NCBI GenBank assembly: GCA_963693055.1
Contig: OY843751.1
Location: 4,896,001-4,960,000 of the forward strand
Reading direction: 5' to 3'
Length of the DNA: 64,000 nt
Source: a bacterium
Lineage (GTDB): Bacteria; Zhuqueibacterota; Zhuqueibacteria; Residuimicrobiales; Krinioviventaceae
The translations under genes were made by a program, and so were the position numbers. Of this stretch, positions 47,279 through 58,227 are shown in pieces. Below the pieces are notes generated by a model that was given only the letters and a program-made list of their open reading frames with translations, did no database searches and was not told the origin of the DNA. Positions within the stretch are counted from its first letter, which is position 1. Each line of letters begins with the position of its first letter.

Positions 47279-47977
47279 TTATTTCATTTTGGCAAGTTTA
47301 TCGAGATCAATCTTGTCAACGGCTTTTTTAATATCATCCATTTTTACATTATTGCCATCAACCTCAACAACAAACCGTTCTGCCACAAACAAGGTTACCT
47401 GACCATATTCCTGGTCTTTTTCCCAGCTTTCAAATGCCCGGTGTCCCTTGATAGTTGTGGTTTTCTCATAACCCGAATCACCTTCCTGGTCAATATCCGT
47501 TGCCAACCATGCAAGCTGGGTCATCCGTACGAGTTTATTCATATTGCCCATATCCGTGATCTCGATCTCTATAGAACCCCCGTCATTGTTCTCATATTCC
47601 GCGGTGGCCTGAGAAATCTTCATACCCAATGCAGAAGTCTTTTCTCCACTTGCATCGGTTCTGTTCATACCACGCAAATTACCAGGTAACAAAGATTTCA
47701 GGTCTTTATAATCAACCGGTTCAACTTTGGAATCAACCACTTCATCACTCATTTGCCCCAGTGCTTTAGCCATTTCTTCCATACCTTCGGCCATCTCTTC
47801 CATGCCTTCACCAAAGCCTTCAGCCATTTTTTCGCCAGCCTTGGCCATTTGCTCACTTGCTTTTTCCATCTGGCGTTCTGCTTTTTCCATCTGTTTTTCT
47901 TCAGGTGATTTACCACATCCGCCTAAAACTGACATCATCAAGACAGTGGAAACCAGAATGATCAAACAGCGTTTCAT
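47279..47977 (-). CDS. Lipoprotein of unknown function
   Basis: Lipobox VLGGC; acidic/Met-rich coiled coil; VEPVDYKDLKSLLP domain. Confidence 0.75.
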   Translation of the reverse strand: MKRCLIILVSTVLMMSVLGGCGKSPEEKQMEKAERQMEKASEQMAKAGEKMAEGFGEGMEEMAEGMEEMAKALGQMSDEVVDSKVEPVDYKDLKSLLPGNLRGMNRTDASGEKTSALGMKISQATAEYENNDGGSIEIEITDMGNMNKLVRMTQLAWLATDIDQEGDSGYEKTTTIKGHRAFESWEKDQEYGQVTLFVAERFVVEVDGNNVKMDDIKKAVDKIDLDKLAKMK

Positions 47978-48133
47978 TGTTGCCTCCTTTTATTAAAATT
48001 ACATTTTTTTACAAGATATTAATAATATACGAAAAAAAAATTGACTCGTTACCCATTTTTTTCTATTTTCATTGAATAAAATATTGTTTTGTGTTTATCA
48101 TCACAAAGCAAACATTCAGGAAAATGAATACAA

Positions 48134-48754
48134 ATGGAGATTGTATTGAACAACCCCGATTCCGCCGCACCGGCAATGGTATCGCAAGCCCGAAAGTCCA
48201 TAAACAGCGACACAGATGCGATACGCTATTGCCAGCAAGGTAACGCGCAGGCGTTTGGCTACCTGGTGGAAAAATATATGCAAAGGGCCTATTATTCCGC
48301 GTTGGGACTCGTAGGATCGCACGACAATGCGGTTGACTTGTCTCAAGACGCATTTGTAAGGGCATTTCGTGCGATCAAAACCTTTGATCCCAGTCGTAGC
48401 TTTTTTACCTGGTACTATCGAATATTACGTAATCTTTGCTTCAATCATTTGCGGGACAAATCTCGTCACGCGCGTTCATTCTCTGAAATGGATGAATACG
48501 AAATCAACTCTATTTCCGACGAGTCCTCAGACACTGAAGCTCTAGCAGAGCAAAACGAAGCTCAAAAAGCGGTCTGGCAGGGCCTTGAACAACTCAAAGA
48601 ACAGGAACGTGAGATTATCATACTCAAAGATATTCAAGATTATTCATATAAAGAAATTGCAAAAGTTCTGGAATGCCCCATCGGCACCGTTATGTCCCGC
48701 CTTTACAATGCCCGCAAAGCATTAAAAGCAAAACTGGAAGGTTTCTACTCATGA
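48134..48754 (+). CDS. ECF RNA polymerase sigma factor
   Basis: AFGYLVEKY, DLSQDAFVRAF, FFTWYYRI, YSYKEIAKVLECPIGTVMSRLYNARK. Confidence 0.93.
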   Translation: MEIVLNNPDSAAPAMVSQARKSINSDTDAIRYCQQGNAQAFGYLVEKYMQRAYYSALGLVGSHDNAVDLSQDAFVRAFRAIKTFDPSRSFFTWYYRILRNLCFNHLRDKSRHARSFSEMDEYEINSISDESSDTEALAEQNEAQKAVWQGLEQLKEQEREIIILKDIQDYSYKEIAKVLECPIGTVMSRLYNARKALKAKLEGFYS

Positions 48755-49212
48755 CAGATTATAATCATATTAAAGAAAAATTTCAAATATTAATGATGGG
48801 TGCTATAGACGGTGAACTGGATGCAAAACAACAACAGGAATTTGAATCACTTCTTGCAGAACACCCGGAATTTTTTCAGGAATATCAAGAATTTCTACAG
48901 CTCAAGGAGAAAACCACAGCAATGAAGCTTAAAACCCCACCTGATGAATTATGGGATACCTATTGGATTGACATATATAACCGTATTGAACGGGGCATTG
49001 GTTGGATATTTTTCTCAATCGGTGCTATGATACTGCTTACCTTTGGTGGTTACAAATTTTTCAAAGCCATTGTTCAAGACGCGCAAATGCCAATCATTCT
49101 GAAATTTGGCACTTTTTTTCTGATCGGCGGACTGGCTGTACTGCTGGTATCTGTTGCACGTGAGCGCATGTTCACTTACAAATCGGACCCGTATAAGGAG
49201 ATTAAACGATGA
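48751..49212 (+). CDS. Putative membrane-anchored anti-sigma factor
   Basis: ATGA overlap with the sigma gene; IDGELD N-terminus (Zn ligands degenerate); two C-terminal TMs; DPYKEIKR. Confidence 0.72.
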   Translation: MTDYNHIKEKFQILMMGAIDGELDAKQQQEFESLLAEHPEFFQEYQEFLQLKEKTTAMKLKTPPDELWDTYWIDIYNRIERGIGWIFFSIGAMILLTFGGYKFFKAIVQDAQMPIILKFGTFFLIGGLAVLLVSVARERMFTYKSDPYKEIKR

Positions 49213-49538
49213 TCATCACCACTACACACACTATACATCACAAACACATTATTAAAACCCTGGGAATGGTCAAAGGCAACACTATTCGGGCACGCTTTGT
49301 GGGTAAAGATATTATTGCAGGCTTTAAGCAACTGGTTGGGGGAGAAATTGAAGATTATACAAAACTTATGGCAGAATCGCGTGAACAGGCCCTTGATCGC
49401 CTGATTGCAGATGCCAAAAGCCTTGGCGCAAATGCTGTTGTTGGCGTAAGGTTCAGTACCAGCGAGCTTATGGCAAACGCGGCAGAAATTCTGGTGTATG
49501 GCACGGCCGTTATTGTAGAAGAAGACGAGGATCAATGA
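49209..49538 (+). CDS. YbjQ/UPF0145 family protein
   Basis: LGMVKGNTIRAR..GKDI.AG...VGGEI..YT...SREQALDR...GANAVVGVRF. Confidence 0.9.
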   Translation: MIITTTHTIHHKHIIKTLGMVKGNTIRARFVGKDIIAGFKQLVGGEIEDYTKLMAESREQALDRLIADAKSLGANAVVGVRFSTSELMANAAEILVYGTAVIVEEDEDQ

Positions 49539-49756
49539 TGGATCCACATATCAATATAAACTTTGTATGCCCCAAATGCAGAAATACCCAGTGTGAAATT
49601 GATCAAATGCGCGCCACCGGTGGCGCGCTGGCTAAAATCTTTGATGTACAAAATAAAAAATTTACGTCTGTTACCTGTACCCGGTGCAGATATACAGAAT
49701 TTTATAAAACCGATACTACTACAATTGGCAATATTTTTGATTTTTTAACAAATTAA
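49535..49756 (+). CDS. Zinc-ribbon protein (DUF2082-like)
   Basis: CPKC...KIFDVQNKKF..VTCTRCRYTEFY. Confidence 0.85.
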   Translation: MMDPHININFVCPKCRNTQCEIDQMRATGGALAKIFDVQNKKFTSVTCTRCRYTEFYKTDTTTIGNIFDFLTN

Positions 49757-49792
49757 ACTTGAACCCCAATCAATGTTGTTTTATATTCAACA

Positions 49793-50551
49793 ATGATAAC
49801 CCCTTTCAGGAAAAATTCTTCAAAAAAATCATTATCCGGTTTACTGTCAATCTGGACTGTTTTACTGGCAACGCTTCCTATATTTTCACAGGTATCTGTC
49901 AATCAAAATTCCGTTTATCAGCAGGCCCCAAGACGCACATCTTTTTCCAATTTCAAAAAGCCAAAAGTTTTGCATGCATATTATCAGGTTGAAATCATTT
50001 CTGGTGAAAACAAAGTCTATGGCGAAGAATTTCACACCAATCATCCATTTTCTATCACCAAACTCTCTTTCCTGCCAATTCCCGGACACAAAGGTTGGGG
50101 ATTCACAGCAGCATATATCGATGAAACGATTCCAACAGCAGACCGATATTTATACATTTCACCACGCTATTATTTTCAAACCAGACATGGTTGCGTTATG
50201 TATGGCTTTCGTTACCACTATTCTCTGAAATATGATGAAGGTCCTACTAAAGACAGATTGCAACCCCTTATAGCTTATAAATATGGTAACCTGGAAAAAT
50301 TATATATCTCTATCGATATTTTTTCTGAAAATATTTTTGGCGTTTTAAACATCAGTATGAATTATATTTTTTCGGATAAATACAGCAGTATCTCATTGGG
50401 GTATGTCAATACAAAACGTGGAATTTATAACGGCTTGTCTTACAGGTTGAATTATAAAGTCTATAAACGCTTTATGTTTGTGTTTCAGGGGAATCTTCAC
50501 AACAAACACTATATTACCGGTATGCAGGCAGGTTTAGGGGTTTTGTGGTAA
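49793..50551 (+). CDS. Hypothetical exported/outer-membrane protein
   Basis: Signal-like segment, aromatic-rich alternating strands, C-terminal GLGVLW. Confidence 0.5.
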   Translation: MITPFRKNSSKKSLSGLLSIWTVLLATLPIFSQVSVNQNSVYQQAPRRTSFSNFKKPKVLHAYYQVEIISGENKVYGEEFHTNHPFSITKLSFLPIPGHKGWGFTAAYIDETIPTADRYLYISPRYYFQTRHGCVMYGFRYHYSLKYDEGPTKDRLQPLIAYKYGNLEKLYISIDIFSENIFGVLNISMNYIFSDKYSSISLGYVNTKRGIYNGLSYRLNYKVYKRFMFVFQGNLHNKHYITGMQAGLGVLW

Positions 50552-50552
50552 C

Positions 50553-50579
50553 AAAAAAAGGCGCTGTTAACAGCGCCTT
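50553..50579 (-). terminator. Intrinsic terminator between convergent genes
   Basis: AAGGCGCTG-TTAA-CAGCGCCTT with an A run on the left (U-tract on minus strand). Confidence 0.75.
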
Positions 50580-50591
50580 GAATCTTTAAAA

Positions 50592-51839
50592 TTATTCATA
50601 TCTTAAAGCATCTACAGGTTCAACATTTGCGGCTTTCCTTGCAGGAAAAACTCCCGACAACAATCCGATCAATGTAAGGATAATAACCGTTGTTAAAACA
50701 ACACCGTGTGACAGTAGCGGTCTTCCCAGAAACTGCATGGGACCATCTCCCTGGGCCGGCATCATCCATAACAGCTTGATTACTCCCAGAGCAACGAGAA
50801 GCCCCAATCCTCCTCCAATCGCAGATATAAGCAAAGACTCGAATACAAACTGTGATATAATATGCCGTTTCTTGGCGCCTATAGCACGTTTAATTCCAAT
50901 CTCTCGGGTACGTTCTTTGGCCACAACATACATGATATTGGCTACACCCACACCCGCAATGATCAATGTCATGGCACCAATCACTCCCAAAAAGATATTA
51001 ATACCTTTAAACACTTTGTCGCTTTGCTTTTCCTGCTCGATAAAGTCCCACATGGGTACAGCCCGCTCATCCGTAGGATCAAAACCATATTTTTTACCCA
51101 GAATGCGTCTCACTTCAGATTTTACCAGTTCACTATGCTGAGGTTGGTCCGGCTTTACAATCAATTCTCCCAGGTAACGATATCCGTAAATACTTTGGAA
51201 TGTAGAGAAAGGAATGATTGCCCGCCGGTCATCGGGACCGTTATTCATTGACGTTTGCAGTTTTTTAGGCATAATACCGATAACTTTAAAAGGAATACCA
51301 TCTAAGGTCAGAGTTTGCCCAATGGGGTCCTGGCTTCCAAACAGATCTTTTGCAACTTCGCCACCCAAAAATACTACCCGTTTCTTTTCCAGTTGATCTT
51401 TTTGGTTCAAAAACCGACCTCCGGCAGCAGGGTATGTTCTGCGTAAAAACTCAAATTCCGGGTACACGCCTTCCATAAATGTTGAAGCACTCAATTCACC
51501 ATTGCGCAGGCGCACATGTTTGCCCATTTGCGCGTTAACGGACACAACCTCGGGAATGCTTTCCAGCAAAATCCGGGCATCATCCTCAACCAGACGAATG
51601 CGTCTGCCAATGGGCATTCCCTGGTATTTTTTAGTTGTCTGCCCACCATAAATACGGATGATCCGATCACCGGCATTTAAAAATCCTTCTTTCATCCGGA
51701 AAGCAAGGCCTTCACCAAAAGCCATCAGCAGGATAACCGCCAAAGTACCCCAGGTAATCGCAATTGTAGTTAAAAACGCACGGGTCTTTTGCTTTTTTAA
51801 ATCACCAATAAATTCCTGTAAAAAAATCATTATTTGCAT
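50592..51839 (-). CDS. ABC transporter permease (MacB/FtsX family)
   Basis: FLTTIAITWG, GRFLNQKD, AGVGVANIM...ERTREIGIKRAIGA, PARKAA..PVDALRYE. Confidence 0.92.
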   Translation of the reverse strand: MQIMIFLQEFIGDLKKQKTRAFLTTIAITWGTLAVILLMAFGEGLAFRMKEGFLNAGDRIIRIYGGQTTKKYQGMPIGRRIRLVEDDARILLESIPEVVSVNAQMGKHVRLRNGELSASTFMEGVYPEFEFLRRTYPAAGGRFLNQKDQLEKKRVVFLGGEVAKDLFGSQDPIGQTLTLDGIPFKVIGIMPKKLQTSMNNGPDDRRAIIPFSTFQSIYGYRYLGELIVKPDQPQHSELVKSEVRRILGKKYGFDPTDERAVPMWDFIEQEKQSDKVFKGINIFLGVIGAMTLIIAGVGVANIMYVVAKERTREIGIKRAIGAKKRHIISQFVFESLLISAIGGGLGLLVALGVIKLLWMMPAQGDGPMQFLGRPLLSHGVVLTTVIILTLIGLLSGVFPARKAANVEPVDALRYE

Positions 51840-51854
51840 TGCGCAACCTTTTCT

Positions 51855-53093
51855 CTAGTATCGCAAACATTCAATAACATCCAGACGTGAGGCCTTGCGT
51901 GCAGGGAAAAATCCCGCCAAAAATCCTATCAAGCCCAAAACTGCTGTGGATGCAATTGCAACAGTCCATGACAACTCCGGATGTCCTACATACTCTTCTA
52001 TGGGTAGCTGGGATATCAGCTTAATCAAAACCACTGCCAATGCCAGACCGATTGCCGCACTCATGCCGATTATCACAAAAGACTCGAACAAAAACTGGCC
52101 CATGATCTGCTTGCTTTTCGCGCCTATAGAGCGCTTTATCCCAATTTCCCGGGTACGCTCCTGGACCACAACATACATAATATTAGCAAGCCCAATACCT
52201 CCAACAATCAGGGTAATAGTGCCAATAATACCCAAAAATATCTTGAAGCCCAGACTGAAATAATATATAAATTTGTCACTTTCCGTTGTATCCCAAATAC
52301 CCAGGGCTTGTTTATCAGTGGGGTCAAATTTTAATTTCTTACCCAAAACCTTATATATTTTCTCTTCCGCAATCTTGTTCCGACGCGGGTCAGCAACCTG
52401 GTATACTACATTACTTACATAAGTATAACCATAAATGGACTGAAACGTGGTCATTGGCATAAATACACGGTCATGGTCACGTGAAGAATAACTGGAAGGC
52501 TGGGTTTTCTCCTGCAATACACCAATAATTCGGAAAGGGATATCTCCAACCATCAAATACTTGCCTATAACCGACGCATTTTCTCCATATAACAAGTCAC
52601 GCAGCTTGTAACCGATAAAACATACCCGCCGTTTCTCCTTTAAATCCATATCATTCAACCATCTGCCGCCGGGACGAGGTAAAACATTTCGCATGGGGCC
52701 ATATTCCGGCAGCATTCCGGCAATGGTTGCCTGGTTGATCTTGTCTCCATGACGTACCGGAACACCATATTTAATAAATTCGGGACTAATGGCACTAAAC
52801 TCACCAACCTCATTACGCATCAGTTCCACATCTTCGGCACGTAAGCGAATGCGCCTCTCCTTGTTATATCCTTGGAATACCATACTGGTTCTTCCCGGCC
52901 ACATGATTGCGATGCTTTCACCCATACCATGCATGTTTTTTTTCATTGATTTTTCAACGCCCACACCAAAAGCCAGCAGCAATACAATGGTCATGGTTCC
53001 CCAGATTATACCAAACATGGTCATAAAGGTTCGGCCTTTGTATTGCCTGAGGTAATAAAATACCTCTCTAATGTTATCTAAAAGCTGGTTCAT
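51855..53093 (-). CDS. ABC transporter permease (MacB/FtsX family)
   Basis: MTMFGIIWG, GGIGLANIM...ERTREIGIKRSIGA, PARKAS..VIECLRY. Confidence 0.92.
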   Translation of the reverse strand: MNQLLDNIREVFYYLRQYKGRTFMTMFGIIWGTMTIVLLLAFGVGVEKSMKKNMHGMGESIAIMWPGRTSMVFQGYNKERRIRLRAEDVELMRNEVGEFSAISPEFIKYGVPVRHGDKINQATIAGMLPEYGPMRNVLPRPGGRWLNDMDLKEKRRVCFIGYKLRDLLYGENASVIGKYLMVGDIPFRIIGVLQEKTQPSSYSSRDHDRVFMPMTTFQSIYGYTYVSNVVYQVADPRRNKIAEEKIYKVLGKKLKFDPTDKQALGIWDTTESDKFIYYFSLGFKIFLGIIGTITLIVGGIGLANIMYVVVQERTREIGIKRSIGAKSKQIMGQFLFESFVIIGMSAAIGLALAVVLIKLISQLPIEEYVGHPELSWTVAIASTAVLGLIGFLAGFFPARKASRLDVIECLRY

Positions 53094-53102
53094 AAGCTCA
53101 CC

Positions 53103-54209
53103 TTAAATGATCTCTTTGATCTTTTTTTCCAGCACTTCATCACCTTCATCAAGACCCGAAGTAATCTCTATGGTAATGGCGTCGCTTAAACCGGTTTCAA
53201 TATATTTTTCAGTGGCTTCTTCACCTTCTGGTGCAGGAAGCATAACAAAAGCAGAATCACTGCGAAAGGTTATCACGCGTTCTGGTAAAGACAGTACACT
53301 ATCTTTTTTCGCGATAATAACATTTACATTTGCAGAGAACCCTGCCCGCAATACGGCATCGTCGGTTTTTTCAATAGCAATTTCTACAGGGAATACCGTG
53401 GTATTGTCTTCTTTACGTGCCTTGAGAGAGATCAACGTTACATGCCCTGCAACTTTTTTGCCCGGTAACGCGCCGATTTGCAAGTCACATTTCATACCTT
53501 CTTTGATTTTACCTACATCAATTTCGTCAACCGTACCCTTGAATATCAAATCATCCATATTAGCCATTTTCATCAGTTCAGTACCCGCCTGATATGATGT
53601 TAAAGGCACAACCGGATCACCAACATTTACACTTTTTTCAAGAATAAAGCCTGAAATGGGGGCCTTGACCACGGTTTCAATATCTGTATCTGCAATTTTC
53701 ACTTTTCCTTTTTCTATCAGATCCAGACCTTCTTTGGCTATCTTGTGGCTCAACACAGCTTGCTCATATTCCTGATTCAGAGTTTCATATTCCTGATCAG
53801 AGATCAGTCCTTTTTCAAGCAGGTTCTTTTTACGGGCTATTTCTTTTTTTACAGTTTCCAGTTCAATCCAGGCACTTTCAACCCGCCGTTTGGCAGCCGC
53901 CAGTTCAAGCGGCGTAGGATCGGGATTCACCTCTAATATAACCTGCCCCTTTTCAACAAAATCCCCTACATCTACTAACAGTTTTCCTACAACTCCTGAA
54001 ACTTTGGACTTTACCGCAATCTCATTTCTGGGTTCTATAGAGCCCACTGCAAGGGCTTTATCTATAATATCTGCACGTGACACCTTGACTGTATTTTGGG
54101 GTGCTTCTTTTTTGCCTGTCTTTGACATAACAACAGCCGCACCGACTACCAATACCAATAAAATAATGATCACGATCCAAACAATTTTTTTTCTGGATTT
54201 CCTTGCCAT
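53103..54209 (-). CDS. Periplasmic adaptor (MacA-like MFP)
   Basis: Start MARKSRKK after GGAGG; VKSKVSGVV, APISGFI, VDEIDVGKI. Confidence 0.9.
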   Translation of the reverse strand: MARKSRKKIVWIVIIILLVLVVGAAVVMSKTGKKEAPQNTVKVSRADIIDKALAVGSIEPRNEIAVKSKVSGVVGKLLVDVGDFVEKGQVILEVNPDPTPLELAAAKRRVESAWIELETVKKEIARKKNLLEKGLISDQEYETLNQEYEQAVLSHKIAKEGLDLIEKGKVKIADTDIETVVKAPISGFILEKSVNVGDPVVPLTSYQAGTELMKMANMDDLIFKGTVDEIDVGKIKEGMKCDLQIGALPGKKVAGHVTLISLKARKEDNTTVFPVEIAIEKTDDAVLRAGFSANVNVIIAKKDSVLSLPERVITFRSDSAFVMLPAPEGEEATEKYIETGLSDAITIEITSGLDEGDEVLEKKIKEII

Positions 54210-54322
54210 TTGGGTGATACCTCCATAAATGATAAATACCGGAATAAAAAAAGGGCTACATGTATTATTACGCATGCAGCCCTGAATTGTTACAAAAATA
54301 GAATGAATAGTTATTACTTATT

Positions 54323-55474
54323 TCATGCGGCAATTTCCAAAATCTGTTCAACTTCTTTAAAGGTGATCTTGCCATGCTCACCCAATTTAACCTTGCGGTT
54401 TTCCAATTGCTTTACTGCTTTACTACAATCTGCCGGTGTCAAATCCACATCTTTTAAACTGACCGGTACCTGCATTTGCTTAAAAAATGCAATCGTTTTT
54501 TCTATTGCAAGATCAATAGCTTTTTCATCATCATGAGTATCAACGCCCCAAACTCTGCGGGCGTATCTGGCCAGCTTTGCTCCCTTTTCTTTACGCTGGT
54601 GTTTCCAAACAGCGGGCATAACAATTGCCAACGTACGGGCATGATCAATACCATACAACGCAGTCAGCTCGTGACCAATCATATGCGTTGCCCAGTCCTG
54701 CGGAACGCCCACACTATTGAGATGGTTCAGCGCCATGGTTGCAGCCCACATAATATTGGCACGTACATCATAATCCTTAGGATTCTCAAGAGCCTTGGGA
54801 CCTTCTTCAATCAATGTCATTAATAGTGCTTCTGCATATCTGTCCTGAATAGGCGCATTTACATCATATGTCATATATTGCTCCATTGTATGTGCAAATG
54901 CATCCACAACACCATTTGATATTTGACGTACAGGCAATGAGAAGGTAGTTTCAGGATCCAGGATTGAAAATTTTGGATAGACATTAGGATTCCCAAAAGC
55001 CAATTTTTCTCCGGTTTCATCTCTCGATATTACCGCATTCATATTCATTTCTGAACCGGTAGCCGGTAAGGTTAATACACATCCAAAAGGCATTGCAGAT
55101 TGAATTTTGGCGCCAGATGTCAAAATATTCCATGGTTCTCCATCAAAATTGACTGCTGCTGAAATAAATTTTACCGCATCTAACACTGAACCGCCACCAA
55201 CGGACAAAACAAAATCTACTTTTTCCCTTTTAATCACATCTACGGCTTTCATACATGTGCTATACTGTGGATTCGCTTCAATTCCGCTGAATTCAACTAT
55301 ATCATAACCTTCTAATGCCTTCATCACCTGCTCATGAACACCGTTATTTTTTATGGAACCGCCACCATAAGCGATCATCACCTTTAAGGATCTATCAATC
55401 AAACGGGACAACTCTTTTATAGTACCTTTACCAAAAACAATTCTTACAGGATTATAAAACTCAAAATTATACAT
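54323..55474 (-). CDS. Iron-containing alcohol dehydrogenase (YqhD/BdhA-like)
   Basis: YGGGSIK, GIEANP, VGGGSVLD, TLPATGSE, DWATHMIGHELTA..GIDHARTLA. Confidence 0.94.
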   Translation of the reverse strand: MYNFEFYNPVRIVFGKGTIKELSRLIDRSLKVMIAYGGGSIKNNGVHEQVMKALEGYDIVEFSGIEANPQYSTCMKAVDVIKREKVDFVLSVGGGSVLDAVKFISAAVNFDGEPWNILTSGAKIQSAMPFGCVLTLPATGSEMNMNAVISRDETGEKLAFGNPNVYPKFSILDPETTFSLPVRQISNGVVDAFAHTMEQYMTYDVNAPIQDRYAEALLMTLIEEGPKALENPKDYDVRANIMWAATMALNHLNSVGVPQDWATHMIGHELTALYGIDHARTLAIVMPAVWKHQRKEKGAKLARYARRVWGVDTHDDEKAIDLAIEKTIAFFKQMQVPVSLKDVDLTPADCSKAVKQLENRKVKLGEHGKITFKEVEQILEIAA

Positions 55475-55562
55475 CTACTATTACTCCTTAATTTTTATTC
55501 CATTATAAAAATAATAAAATCTCTAAATATTTAAAAAGGATTTGTTGCGTAATTTATTCCAT

Positions 55563-55600
55563 AAAAAAAAGCCCTCTGCTTTTTATTACAAACAGAGGGC
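55563..55600 (-). terminator. Intrinsic terminator after MCP
   Basis: GCCCTCTG...CAGAGGGC stem with an A8 run on the left. Confidence 0.65.
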
Positions 55601-55633
55601 ATGGCAGGACGTTATTATCAGCTATGCAGATAG

Positions 55634-57676
55634 TTAAAATCTTTCAAACTCGTTGTCAAATGCATCTCCACCATTAGAAGATGCTGTTTCCAGTTGAATA
55701 TGCACACCTCCATTCGCTTTATCGGCACCATTTTTAGCATTGGTTTTTGTAGTTTTTGCAATATTGATTGTCTTGTGCTGCCTTGCTCGTTTTGTGACAT
55801 TTCCAATGTTAAAAAATTCAACCGTCTCAAGCAATTGCTCTGCCTGGCTGGATAATTCTTCAGATGTTGATGACATTTCTTCAGCCGCAGAAGCATTCTG
55901 TTGAATCACCTGATCCAGTTGCTGCATTGCCTTGTTAACCTGCTCAACACCGGTACGTTGTTCTACACTTGCAGCAGAAATTTCCTGTACCAGATCAGCA
56001 GTACGCCGTATATCCGGGACCAGCTCTTTTAACATCGCACCAGCTTTTTCGGCCACCTCGGAAGAAGATCCGGCAAGCGTGTTAATTTCAGCGGCAGTTT
56101 GCTGACTGCGTTCAGACAGTTTACGAACACCTTCAGCAACTACGGCAAATCCTTTTCCATGTTCACCGGCACGGGCAGCTTCAATAGCGGCGTTCAAGGC
56201 GAGTAAATCCGTTTGACGTGCAATCTCTTCAATAATCGAAATCTTGCTTGCAATTTCTCGCATAGCAGCAACGGTTTCATCAACAGCACGACCACTTTCC
56301 TCTGCATCATTGGATGCTTTGGTAGCAATTTTTTCGGTTTGCTGTGCATTGTCGGCATTTGCTTCAATGTTTGAAGCCATCTGTTCCATTGAAGAAGACG
56401 CTTCTTCTGAAGAAGCTGCCTGCTCAGTTGCACCCTGAGACATTTCCTGTGAACTGGAACTCAATTCCATGCTACCGGATGATACATTATCAGCGGCAGT
56501 TTGAACATCCATAATTACACTACGGAGCTTTTCAATCATATTCCGTAACGCCTTGGCCAATTGGCCAATTTCATCATCCTGATCCAGCTCCAGTTCCGCG
56601 GTCAAATCACCGTTGGCAACACTTTTTGCAAACTCTACCCCTTTAATCAATGGAGCCGTAATAATCCGTGTCAGAAATACTGCAAAAGCAATACCTATCA
56701 ACAAAGCGAGTACCAATCCCACTATCATGGTTAAGGATGATGATTTGAGTATGCTCACGGTATCTTTGGCAATACCTTCGGTCTGATTAATACCAGCCAA
56801 AGCAACAGTTTGTGAGCTTTCAAGTACCTGATTTGCAGACTTGTCACGTTTAATATTCAAATCATCCAATGTATACCAATCTTCCAAAATAGCCAAACCC
56901 GTGCTTTTATAAAGGTCTGCAGCAGTTTTGGTGTCATCAATCTCTTTATTATCCTTCGCTTTATGGGTTACTTTCCGCAATTCCAAAAACTTTTCATCCA
57001 TCTGGTTAAATATTGAAGCACTCTGTTCCATCAATGCAGGGCTACGCAATGCCTGAGCTTTCCACACGATTAAACGCGCAGAATTCCCAAGATCTATCAC
57101 ATCATTTACAAGATTCATTTTTGTAACACGTTCTAATAATTTATCATTGCCAACATTATTACGAATATCCGACACCATCTGTGCGTTCTGACTCTGTAAA
57201 AACAAAGCACAACTTTCCATAAAATTTGCCGCCGATTTATCAAGTTGGTTCTGCAACTTGGCTATATTTTGATTGGTTTTCTCAGTCTGATCAACCAAGT
57301 TTCTATAAATATTAACCTGCTCTTCCACTTTCTCAACAGATCCATGCAACTTGACAAGATGTTTTGACTGGTCTGCTAGTTCTAGTGCGTCAGACAAACT
57401 GGATTCTAATTCATCCAGATATTTGCGTCCCTCATCCAAAAACGTTTGTTCTTTTGTAAGTCCATATCCCCTTATATTATACATTGTTAATAAAGAATTA
57501 CGTTCCAGTTGATTTGCAACATCAAATTCAGGAACATATTCATCTGCCAGCATATTGGCTTTTGTTTGAACTCTTGCCATATTAAATATGGCCATAACTC
57601 CCAGAATAATCGAAATGACAATCAAAATCCCGAATCCTAATCCCAACTTTGTACCTAATTTAAAATTCTTAAGCAT
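55634..57676 (-). CDS. Methyl-accepting chemotaxis protein
   Basis: Two TMs, periplasmic sensor, HAMP (DEIGQLA), [31 protein letters not shown]-terminal pentapeptide EFERF; start MLKNF after GGAGG. Confidence 0.96.
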   Translation of the reverse strand: MLKNFKLGTKLGLGFGILIVISIILGVMAIFNMARVQTKANMLADEYVPEFDVANQLERNSLLTMYNIRGYGLTKEQTFLDEGRKYLDELESSLSDALELADQSKHLVKLHGSVEKVEEQVNIYRNLVDQTEKTNQNIAKLQNQLDKSAANFMESCALFLQSQNAQMVSDIRNNVGNDKLLERVTKMNLVNDVIDLGNSARLIVWKAQALRSPALMEQSASIFNQMDEKFLELRKVTHKAKDNKEIDDTKTAADLYKSTGLAILEDWYTLDDLNIKRDKSANQVLESSQTVALAGINQTEGIAKDTVSILKSSSLTMIVGLVLALLIGIAFAVFLTRIITAPLIKGVEFAKSVANGDLTAELELDQDDEIGQLAKALRNMIEKLRSVIMDVQTAADNVSSGSMELSSSSQEMSQGATEQAASSEEASSSMEQMASNIEANADNAQQTEKIATKASNDAEESGRAVDETVAAMREIASKISIIEEIARQTDLLALNAAIEAARAGEHGKGFAVVAEGVRKLSERSQQTAAEINTLAGSSSEVAEKAGAMLKELVPDIRRTADLVQEISAASVEQRTGVEQVNKAMQQLDQVIQQNASAAEEMSSTSEELSSQAEQLLETVEFFNIGNVTKRARQHKTINIAKTTKTNAKNGADKANGGVHIQLETASSNGGDAFDNEFERF

Positions 57677-57677
57677 T

Positions 57678-58223
57678 TTACGCCTCCTGCGCTTCAAGTT
57701 CTTTTTTCAGTTCTTTATTTCCTTTTTTACTTTTCGGCTTTTCTTCAGACTGTTGAATATTGATTATATCATCAATTGAAAATATTTTATCAATATCCAG
57801 TAAAATAATAAAATCTTTTTCACTTTTTCCCATACCTTGTATGAAATCATTATTCACACGTGTACCCATTTTGGGTGCTGCTTCAATCTGGTCCTGTAAT
57901 AACTCTATCACTTCATTAACAGAGTCAGCCAGTAATCCCAATGTTATAGATTCACCATCCAGCATCACCTCAACAATGATGATACAGGTATCACGTGTAT
58001 GCTCTACCTGGCCCATTGCAAATTTCATCTTCATGTCAACTACAGGTACAACACTGCCACGCAAATTAATAACACCCAACATAAAATCAGGTGTACGCGG
58101 TACTTTGGTAATTTTGGTCAAATCCAATACTTCTTTAACTTTTGCAATATTTATCGCGTACAATTCTTTATCAAGTTTAAAGGATAAATACTGAGGAAAA
58201 TCATTTTGCACATCTTGAGTCAT
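57678..58223 (-). CDS. cheW: Chemotaxis coupling protein
   Basis: YLSFKL...VKEVL...[33 protein letters not shown]. Confidence 0.95.
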   Translation of the reverse strand: MTQDVQNDFPQYLSFKLDKELYAINIAKVKEVLDLTKITKVPRTPDFMLGVINLRGSVVPVVDMKMKFAMGQVEHTRDTCIIIVEVMLDGESITLGLLADSVNEVIELLQDQIEAAPKMGTRVNNDFIQGMGKSEKDFIILLDIDKIFSIDDIINIQQSEEKPKSKKGNKELKKELEAQEA

Positions 58224-58227
58224 CTGC

